A program made the translations under genes and the position numbers. The notes below the pieces were generated by a model. The model ran no database searches. It was not told where the DNA came from and worked only from the letters and a program-made list of their open reading frames with translations. Of a DNA stretch of 34,633 bases, positions 27,758-34,633 are shown one piece after another (position 1 is the stretch's first letter; each line of letters starts with the position of its first letter). The DNA lies in assembly GCA_964628165.1 (NCBI GenBank), contig CAZVPB010000001.1, positions 1-34,633 on the forward strand. Reading direction: 5' to 3'. This stretch comes from an uncultured Cyanobium sp. Lineage in GTDB: Bacteria > Cyanobacteriota > Cyanobacteriia > PCC-6307 > Cyanobiaceae.

Positions 27758-28495
27758 CTATCGGCGTTCGGCCTCCCCCCGCGCCGCCGCGTCGGTGAAG
27801 AGCTCCAGGGCGGGATGGCGCTGAAGCCAGCTGGCCGGCAGCTGCGGGGTGGGGGGCTCCCCCAGGGCACGACGCAGCACCTCCGCCTTGGCGGCGCCCG
27901 TGACCACCAGCAAGATCCGCTCCGCCGCGAGGATCTCCGCCAGGCCGAGGGTGATCGCCCGCTCCGGCACGGCGTCGGGATCCCCGCCGAAGTCCGCCGC
28001 GTTCTGTTCGCGGGTGCTGCGCCTCAGCCGCACGCAGCGGCAGCGCGTCGCCGGTCCGCTGGGCGGTTCGTTGAAGGCCACATGGCCGTTGAGGCCCAGG
28101 CCCAGCAGCTGCACGCCGATGCCGCCATGGCTCTCGAGCTCGGCGGCATAGCGGTCCGCCTCCGCGGCCGGATCGGCCGCATCCCCCCGGGGCAGCCGCA
28201 CCCGCTCCGGATCCAGCCCGAGCGGCCGCACCAGCAGCCGGTCCATCACCCCGGTGAACCCCCGCGGGTCGTCGCGACCGAGGCCCACGTATTCATCGAG
28301 GTTGAAGCTGAGCCAGCCACGCCGGACCCGCTCCGCCTGGGGCGAAGGGAGGGCGCCGAAGCGGCGGGAGAGGGCCGCGTAGACGGGCTCCATGGTGCGC
28401 CCGGTGGCCAGGCCGAGGGGGCGGTGGGGTTGCCGCAGCGCCGCCTCGAGGAGAAGGTCCGCCACCTCCCCGGCGACGGCGGCGGGGCCGTTCAC
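27758..28495 (-). CDS. nagB: Glucosamine-6-phosphate deaminase
   Basis: LGLATGRT, FNLDEYVGL, LLGLGLNGHVAFNEP and PASWLQRHP. The GTG start overlaps the spoIID stop (GTGA). Confidence 0.92.
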   Translation of the reverse strand: MNGPAAVAGEVADLLLEAALRQPHRPLGLATGRTMEPVYAALSRRFGALPSPQAERVRRGWLSFNLDEYVGLGRDDPRGFTGVMDRLLVRPLGLDPERVRLPRGDAADPAAEADRYAAELESHGGIGVQLLGLGLNGHVAFNEPPSGPATRCRCVRLRRSTREQNAADFGGDPDAVPERAITLGLAEILAAERILLVVTGAAKAEVLRRALGEPPTPQLPASWLQRHPALELFTDAAARGEAERR

Positions 28496-29790
28496 CGACC
28501 GGTGTAGGGGCGGACGACGACGCCGCGGTAGAAGTGCTGCAGGATCTGTTCGTGGCTGCGGCCGCGCTGCGCGAGGCCGTAGGCCCCCCACTGGCTCATC
28601 CCGACGCCATGGCCGAACCCGCGTCCCTGCGCCACCAGCGACGGCAGGGTCTCCCGCCGGACCGCCCGGGCGATGGCTCCGTAGGGGCCGGCCGGCAGGA
28701 CGTCGGGCAGGACCGGCAGGGGCACAGGCGCCACCGCCGAAGCGGTCCTGGAATCCATTGGCACCGGGCCCGGCCCGGGAGCCTCGAAGCGGAACTTCAC
28801 CAGGGTGCTGCGCAGACCGAGCCGCTTGCGCAGTTCCGCCCCCTTGATCACCTTGGCTCCGCCCGGTCCGCTCACGCGGGCCAGCTGCACCCGGCCGGAA
28901 CCGGAGGTGCGCAGCACGTCGATGTCGGTGATGCCGCCCAGCTCCGGGAACGCCTTGCGCAGATCGGCGGGCTCGAGCCGCTTCTCCCACTGGCGCACCG
29001 GGCTGGCGTCATCGAAGTCGGGCACGCTCACCAGGTAGGGCACCTGGCGGGTCCAGATCTCGCCGCTGTTCTCGGTGACGCCGCCGCTGCTGCTGTGGAA
29101 CACGGCGTCGATCAGGGAGGAACCGTGCATGAGCACCTGGGAACGGGTGCTGGCCACGGCCTGGCGCGTGGAGGGGGTCTCCGACTCCACGCCCTTGTAC
29201 ACCTGGCTGGCGACGGTGGCCTTGAGGTCGAAGGGGGCGGCGGGCTTGCGCTGGCGCAGGGCATAGGTGCGGGCCGCCACCGCCTGGGCGCGCAGGGCGG
29301 CCTGGGGCCAGCTGGCGGGCATCTCGCTGCCCACCACGCTGGGGAGATAGGTCTCGAGACCGACCACGTTGATCGCCTGCAGCTCGCGGCCGTCGGGCAG
29401 GAGCTTCAGCCGGCCCCGGTAGCGCCGGTTCTCGAGGAGCAGCAACGATCCGGAGCCCGGCTTCGGGTCGATCCAGGCCTGCCGCACCGGCAGCGGCACC
29501 ACCTTGCCCCCCCCGCCCCCGGATACCAGCTCGGCCTGCAGGCCGCCCCCGGCGGTCCTCAGGCGCATCCGCTGACCGGGCCGGATCTCGAGCAGGGAAC
29601 GGCCGCCGTCATCGCGCAGCTGCAGAGGGGCGGATCCGGCCACCCCCACCTCCAGCACGGGGGCTTCCTTGAGCAGGACCCGCACCACCGGCTCCGGCCC
29701 GCGGGCCTGGAGCGGGGCATGCAGGGCGACGGCGGCGGGCAGGAGGGTGAGCGGAAGACCGAGGCGCCATCCGCTGGAGGGAAAGGACAC
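28492..29790 (-). CDS. SpoIID/LytB domain protein (lytic transglycosylase-like)
   Basis: [31 protein letters not shown] and [13 protein letters not shown]. Start uncertain; the ORF is open to 29928. Confidence 0.92.
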   Translation of the reverse strand: MSFPSSGWRLGLPLTLLPAAVALHAPLQARGPEPVVRVLLKEAPVLEVGVAGSAPLQLRDDGGRSLLEIRPGQRMRLRTAGGGLQAELVSGGGGGKVVPLPVRQAWIDPKPGSGSLLLLENRRYRGRLKLLPDGRELQAINVVGLETYLPSVVGSEMPASWPQAALRAQAVAARTYALRQRKPAAPFDLKATVASQVYKGVESETPSTRQAVASTRSQVLMHGSSLIDAVFHSSSGGVTENSGEIWTRQVPYLVSVPDFDDASPVRQWEKRLEPADLRKAFPELGGITDIDVLRTSGSGRVQLARVSGPGGAKVIKGAELRKRLGLRSTLVKFRFEAPGPGPVPMDSRTASAVAPVPLPVLPDVLPAGPYGAIARAVRRETLPSLVAQGRGFGHGVGMSQWGAYGLAQRGRSHEQILQHFYRGVVVRPYTGR

Positions 29791-29933
29791 GAAGCAGGCC
29801 CTCGTCGAAGGCGCCTCATTGTGGCCAGGGCGCAAGCCCCCCACCAGCGGCGCCCGGCCGGCCGGTCCACCGACCGCCCCGCCGGCCCGCGTGGCAGCAT
29901 GCGGCTCCAGAGACCGGGGATGAGGCATCGGCC

Positions 29934-30884
29934 GTGGAGGTCACCTTCCTGGGCACGAGCTCAGGCGTTCCCACCCGTGCGCGCAATGTGTCGGCAGTGG
30001 CGCTGCGCCTGCCTCAGCGGGCGGAGCTGTGGCTCTTCGACTGCGGCGAGGCCACCCAGCACCAGTTCCTGCGCAGCGCCCTGCGGGTGTCGCAGCTGCG
30101 CCGGATCTTCATCAGCCACATGCACGGCGACCACGTCTTCGGGCTGCCGGGCCTGCTGGCGAGCCTCGGTCTGGCGGGGGCCTGCAGCGAGGGCCTCGAC
30201 CTCTACGGGCCGGACCGCCTCGCCACCTATCTCGAAGGAGTGCTGCGCAGCACCTCCACCCGCATCGCCTATCCGCTCCGCATCCACCGGGTGCGTGAGG
30301 CGGCCGCCTCCGGCGCGGTGCTGCTCGACGACGGCGACCTGACGGTGCGCTGCGCCCCGCTCGATCACCGTGTGCCCGCCTACGCCTACCGGGTGGATCA
30401 GAAGCCCCGTCCCGGGCACTTCGACGTGGAACGGGCCCGGGCGCTGGGCATCCCCCCCGGACCGGTGTACGCCCGGCTCAAGGCCGGCGGCAGCATCACC
30501 CTCGAGGACGGGCGCGTGATCCATGGCGAGAGCCTCTGCGGGCCGCCGCAGCCGGGGCGCAGCCTCGTGTACTGCACCGACACGGTCTTCTGCGAGGCGG
30601 CCGTGGAGCTGGCGCGGGGCGCGGATCTGCTCATCCACGAGGCCACCTTCGCCCACGGCGAGGCCCAGCTCGCCATCCAGCGGCAGCACTCCACCAGCAC
30701 CATGGCCGCCCAGACGGCCCTGGCGGCGGGGGTCAGGGAGCTGGTCATCACCCACCTCAGCCCCCGCTACATGCCCGGCAACGCCGTCACTCCCGACGAT
30801 CTGGTGGCGGAGGCGCGGGCGATCTTCCCGGCGACGCGCGTGGCCCGGGACTTCCTCGAACTCCAGGTGGGCGCCGCCGCCTGA
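29934..30884 (+). CDS. rnz: Ribonuclease Z
   Basis: [33 protein letters not shown] and HLSPRY. Confidence 0.96.
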   Translation: MEVTFLGTSSGVPTRARNVSAVALRLPQRAELWLFDCGEATQHQFLRSALRVSQLRRIFISHMHGDHVFGLPGLLASLGLAGACSEGLDLYGPDRLATYLEGVLRSTSTRIAYPLRIHRVREAAASGAVLLDDGDLTVRCAPLDHRVPAYAYRVDQKPRPGHFDVERARALGIPPGPVYARLKAGGSITLEDGRVIHGESLCGPPQPGRSLVYCTDTVFCEAAVELARGADLLIHEATFAHGEAQLAIQRQHSTSTMAAQTALAAGVRELVITHLSPRYMPGNAVTPDDLVAEARAIFPATRVARDFLELQVGAAA

Positions 30885-31007
30885 AGGGCCTCCGCCACCT
30901 GCTCCGGTGGTGCCTGCAACAGTTCACCCGGTTCCGATCCGGTGGACCCGTCTCCCGTGATACAAGGTCACAGACGCGGCCCCGCCGCCATCCTTCCGGC
31001 TTCTCCC

Positions 31008-31520
31008 ATGGCCCCCTTCCTCCGCTCGGCTGTCCGTCCCCTCCTCCGGCTCCTGCTGGTCATCCCCCTGGCCCTGCTGGTGGGCTTCGCCGGACCCGCC
31101 GCCGCAGCCCGCTGGGATGCCGAGAGCCTCACCGTGCCGGCAGGTCCGGACGGCGGCACGATCACCTTCAGCGAAACGGAGGTGAAGGCCGGCCGCACGA
31201 TCTTCAACAACAGCTGCGGCACCTGCCACGCCGGGGGGATCACCAAGACCAACCAGAACGTGGGTCTCGACCTCGAGACCCTCGCCAAGGCCACGCCTCC
31301 CCGCGACTCGGTGGCGGCCCTGGTGGACTTCATGAAGGACCCCACCTCCTATGACGGGGAATACAGCATCTCCGAGGTGCACCCCAGCCTCAAGAGCAGC
31401 GACGTCTTCGTGAAGATGCGGAACCTGGACGAGGACGATCTGCGGCTGATCGCCGGCTACATCCTCGTGGCACCCAAGGTGCAGGGACAACAGTGGGGCG
31501 GCGGCAAGGTCTACTTCTGA
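31008..31520 (+). CDS. psbV: Photosystem II cytochrome c550
   Basis: Signal peptide, CGTCHAGGITKTN, DPTSYDG...HPS and a WGGGKVYF C-terminus. Confidence 0.97.
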   Translation: MAPFLRSAVRPLLRLLLVIPLALLVGFAGPAAAARWDAESLTVPAGPDGGTITFSETEVKAGRTIFNNSCGTCHAGGITKTNQNVGLDLETLAKATPPRDSVAALVDFMKDPTSYDGEYSISEVHPSLKSSDVFVKMRNLDEDDLRLIAGYILVAPKVQGQQWGGGKVYF

Positions 31521-31572
31521 TCCCGCCTTTCCCGAGGGGCGGCCTCCCGCCGGCCCCGCCAACCGCCGGAGC

Positions 31573-31974
31573 TCAGGCCGCCTCCTGGGTTCCGGCGGTT
31601 TTTTCGTCGGCGGCACGGGGGGCGGGCGGCGCCACGTTCGCCGCCTCCTGGGAGGCCGGCAGGCGGCTGTACCACCATTCCTGCAGGGAGGGGGCGAGGC
31701 GCTGGGCGAAGAAAGTCACCACCGTGCGGGTGGGACGCGAGCCCGGCTGCAGCAGCTCCACCGCGTAGGAAGGGCAGCGCCGCGCCGCCAGGTCGGGGAC
31801 GAAGCGGCGGCCGATCCGGCGCCAGCTGGGCTCCTTGCTGCGCCAGGCGATGCGGCAGCAGGGCCAGGGAAGGTCCTCACGGTCGTAGAGCCGGCAGCAG
31901 GGCCCCAGGATGCGGTAGGTGGACTGCCCGCCCGGGCTGGTGTGCTCGCTGCCGGGCTCCAGCAGGACCTGCAC
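31573..31974 (-). CDS. Conserved-looking hypothetical protein (Cys/Trp-rich)
   Basis: GC-biased codons, GPCCRLYDREDLPWPCCR..WRSKEPSW; located between psbV and petF. A GTG start is assumed. Confidence 0.7.
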   Translation of the reverse strand: MQVLLEPGSEHTSPGGQSTYRILGPCCRLYDREDLPWPCCRIAWRSKEPSWRRIGRRFVPDLAARRCPSYAVELLQPGSRPTRTVVTFFAQRLAPSLQEWWYSRLPASQEAANVAPPAPRAADEKTAGTQEAA

Positions 31975-32000
31975 GGGATCTTCCAAGGGCCGACACAAAC

Positions 32001-32024
32001 AAAAAAGCCACCCCGCAGGGTGGC
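32001..32024 (-). terminator. Rho-independent terminator downstream of petF
   Basis: Perfect 7-bp stem GCCACCC/GGGTGGC (32007-32013 / 32018-32024) with a 4-nt loop, followed on the minus strand by T6. Confidence 0.85.
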
Positions 32025-32059
32025 AGCCGGAAGAGGAACCTGTCGAGGTCGACGGGGGC

Positions 32060-32359
32060 TCAGTAGAGCTCTTCCTCGGCGTGGGTGGTGATGGTGCAGT
32101 CGGAGGTGGGGTAGGCCACACAGGTGAGCACGAAACCGGCTTCGATCTGGTCGTCGTCGAGGAAGCTCTGGTCGGACTGGTCGACGGTGCCGGAGGTGAG
32201 CTTGCCGGCGCAGGTGGAGCAGGCTCCGGCGCGGCAGGAGTAGGGCAGGTCGATGCCTTGTTCTTCGGCGGCGTCGAGGATGTACTGGTCGTCAGGCACC
32301 TCGATGGTCTTGTTGAGGCCTTCGCTCTCGTTGATGAGGGTGACCTTGTAGGAAGCCAT
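32060..32359 (-). CDS. petF: Ferredoxin [2Fe-2S]
   Basis: MASYKVTL...[16 protein letters not shown]...VLTCVAYP. Confidence 0.98.
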   Translation of the reverse strand: MASYKVTLINESEGLNKTIEVPDDQYILDAAEEQGIDLPYSCRAGACSTCAGKLTSGTVDQSDQSFLDDDQIEAGFVLTCVAYPTSDCTITTHAEEELY

Positions 32360-32500
32360 GGAGAAGGGGTTGGAGCTCACAGGCGCCCTGGCGGCACCTG
32401 AAGGACCCGCCCTTCCTACATCCGCTGAGCCCTGTTTCCGCCGATTTCCAGGATGCAGGCAGTGAAGTCCGATCAAAGCCAGGGCACGGATCAGCGTGAC

Positions 32501-33451
32501 TTATGCGACATCGGAAGCGCCCGGAACGCCCCGGCGGATCGTGAGCAGCGCCCATCCCCGCTGGCGTTCCGACAGCTCGGCGTGCCAGCCCCAGCGGGCG
32601 AGAAGCCCGGCGAGGGGCTCTGCCTGCTCCACCAGCAGTCCACTGAGCAGCCCCACGCCCCGGGGGGCCAGCAGCCGCTCGAAGGAGGGGGCGAGGGCCT
32701 CGATCACCGGGGCGAGGATGTTGCACAGCAACAGGTCCGCGGGCCGCCCCCCGAGCAGCTCCGCCAGCGCCTCCACCGACCCCTCGGCCACCTGCACGGG
32801 CGCGCCTGCCCCTTCCGCCGCCAGGCCGTTGAGGGCGGCGTTGGCACGGGTGGCCCGCACCGCCAGGGGGTCGGTGTCCACCGCCGCCAGGCTGGCCGCG
32901 CCGAGCCGCAGACCGGCCAGGCCGAGGATGCCGCTGCCGCAGCCCAGATCGGCCAGCCGCGGCGCCGCCGGCAGGGAGGTGGCCCCGTCGGCGGCCAGCC
33001 ACCGTTCGAGCGCCTCCAGGCACAGGCGGGTGGTGGGATGGCTGCCGGTGCCGAAGGCGCTGCCGGGGTCCATGCGGATCACCAGCCGGCCCGCCTGCTC
33101 CGCCGGCGGTTCCAGCCAGGCGGGGAGGATCAGCAGCCGCTCGCCCACCGGATCGGGGCGCCAGTGCCGCTTCCAGCTGAGGCTCCAGTCCTCCTCGGGC
33201 TGGCGGCACCAGGCGGGGGCGGGAGGCTCGAGGCCGAAGGGGGCGGCCAGCGGCGCCAGGGCCTCCTCCAGGTCCCGGCGGCGGTCCTCGGGCCAGTCAT
33301 CGGCGGGAAGCCAGGCCGTGAGCAAGGCCTCGTCCGGCTTCCCGGGCCGGTGGCCCACCGCCAGGCGGCTCACCCCGAGGCCGCGCAGCTTCCAGAGCAG
33401 GGACTCCTCCAGCTCCGGAGGACACCCCATCTCCAGGCGCCACCAGTCCAC
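32501..33451 (-). CDS. prmA: Ribosomal protein L11 methyltransferase
   Basis: EDWSLSWKRHW, DPGSAFGTGSHPTT, DLGCGSGIL and CNILA. Confidence 0.96.
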   Translation of the reverse strand: MDWWRLEMGCPPELEESLLWKLRGLGVSRLAVGHRPGKPDEALLTAWLPADDWPEDRRRDLEEALAPLAAPFGLEPPAPAWCRQPEEDWSLSWKRHWRPDPVGERLLILPAWLEPPAEQAGRLVIRMDPGSAFGTGSHPTTRLCLEALERWLAADGATSLPAAPRLADLGCGSGILGLAGLRLGAASLAAVDTDPLAVRATRANAALNGLAAEGAGAPVQVAEGSVEALAELLGGRPADLLLCNILAPVIEALAPSFERLLAPRGVGLLSGLLVEQAEPLAGLLARWGWHAELSERQRGWALLTIRRGVPGASDVA

Positions 33452-33455
33452 CGCT

Positions 33456-34633
33456 TCAGAGGGTGACGGGGTGGGCTTCCTGGATTCCCTCGATGGCGTG
33501 GATGGTGGCCAGCAGGCTGGGGGGGATCGGATCGTCGAGGCTGAGCACCATCACGGCGTCGCCACGCACGATGCGGCGGCCCACCTGCATCGAGGCGATG
33601 TTGACGTTGTGCTCGCCCAGCAGGGAGCCGAGCCGGCCGATGATGCCGGGCATGTCGCGGTGCCGGGTGAAGAGCATGTGACGGCTCGGGGCCACGTTCA
33701 CCGGGAAATCGTCGATGGTGATGATCCTCAGCTCGCCGTCGGTGAACACCGCGCCGGTGACGCTGTGGTTGCCGCGGGAGCCCCGCGAGCGGAGCTGCAG
33801 CGACCCGCCGGCGAAGTCGCGGCTCGATTCGTCCTTCACCTCGAGCACGTGGATGCCCCGGTCGCGGGCCTCGAGGGTGGCGTTCACGTAGTTGATGCTG
33901 TCGCCCAGGGCGGTGGAGAGCACCCCCTTGAGGGCTCCCACCACCAGGGGCTGGGCGGGGAGGGTGGCGAACTCGCCCTGCAGCCGCACCTCCAGTTCGC
34001 TGATGGAGCCGCCCGCGAGCTGGCTGAGCAGCTGGCCGAGGGTCTCGGAGAGCTCCAGATGGGGCTTGAGGCGGTCCATCACCTCCGAGGTGAGGCCGGG
34101 GATGTTCACGGCGCTGCGGGCCGGCAGACCCAGCAGCACGTCGCGGATCTGCTCCGCCACATCCACCGCCACGTTCTCCTGGGCCTCGGCGGTGGAGGCG
34201 CCGAGGTGAGGGGTGAGGATGAGCCGCTCCGGCACCCCGCGCAGGGGGGAATCCGCCGGCAGGGGCTCCACGGCGTAGACGTCGAGGGCGGCGCCGGCGA
34301 TCACCCCCTGCTCCACCGCTTCGGCCAGGGCCCTCTCGTCGACGATGCCGCCGCGGGCGCAGTTCACCAGCCTGGCGGTGGGCTTCATGGTGCGCAGCAG
34401 CTCGGCGTTCACCAGGTTCTCGGTGTCCGGGGTGCGGGGCAGGTGGAGAGAGACGAAGTCGGCCTCGGCGAACAGCTGGGCGAGGGGCAGCAGCTTCACC
34501 TGCATCTGCTGGGCCCGCTCCGGCGACACGAAGGGGTCGTAGGCCCGCACCTCCATCCCCATGGCGAGGGCGACCCGGGCCACGTGGGAGCCGATCTTGC
34601 CGAGCCCCACCACGCCGAGCACCTTCTTGTAGA
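33456..34633 (-). CDS. serA: D-3-phosphoglycerate dehydrogenase, C-terminal part (5' end outside the window)
   Basis: GVVGLGKIG, NCARGG, TPHLGAST.EAQ and a C-terminal ACT domain (HRDMPGIIG...NIASMQVGR). Confidence 0.96.
   Translation of the reverse strand, partial: YKKVLGVVGLGKIGSHVARVALAMGMEVRAYDPFVSPERAQQMQVKLLPLAQLFAEADFVSLHLPRTPDTENLVNAELLRTMKPTARLVNCARGGIVDERALAEAVEQGVIAGAALDVYAVEPLPADSPLRGVPERLILTPHLGASTAEAQENVAVDVAEQIRDVLLGLPARSAVNIPGLTSEVMDRLKPHLELSETLGQLLSQLAGGSISELEVRLQGEFATLPAQPLVVGALKGVLSTALGDSINYVNATLEARDRGIHVLEVKDESSRDFAGGSLQLRSRGSRGNHSVTGAVFTDGELRIITIDDFPVNVAPSRHMLFTRHRDMPGIIGRLGSLLGEHNVNIASMQVGRRIVRGDAVMVLSLDDPIPPSLLATIHAIEGIQEAHPVTL

Noticed and set aside
1-34633. CRISPR arrays, tRNA/rRNA genes, IS elements and anti-phage defence genes
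   Set aside because: No regularly spaced repeats, cloverleaf or rRNA-like sequence, transposase, nuclease or defence-type NTPase was recognised. KaiC here is the canonical clock protein in kaiABC.

Overview
This is a GC-rich picocyanobacterial (Cyanobium/Synechococcus-like) chromosome segment. The left core region holds a partial GH3 beta-glucosidase, a GluR0-type ligand-gated K+ channel, two ABC-2 permeases, the complete kaiABC clock operon, rplU-rpmA, a queuosine-precursor transporter, truB and yebC. The right core region holds dusB, a Tat-exported DUF362 protein, nagB, spoIID/lytB, rnz, psbV, petF, prmA and a partial serA. Between them (~9.6-25.2 kb) is a lower-GC accessory island with no visible integrase, tRNA or att repeats. 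It is packed with small-molecule enzymes and accessory proteins: a B12 radical SAM protein, a class I methyltransferase, an acyl-CoA ligase preceded by a small ORF with a strong RBS, a tandem-domain secreted protein, a ThDP enzyme, a SnoaL-like protein, a VOC protein, a stand-alone PAS protein, an MFS transporter, a compact pyranose-oxidase/C-glycoside-oxidase-like flavoenzyme lacking the flavinylation His, a plant-type SABATH carboxyl methyltransferase, a D-Ala-D-Ala dipeptidase and a GHMP kinase. The best candidate for an undescribed system is the MFS / pyranose-oxidase-like / SABATH module and the island around it. All calls come from motif recognition by eye, and no database searches were run.
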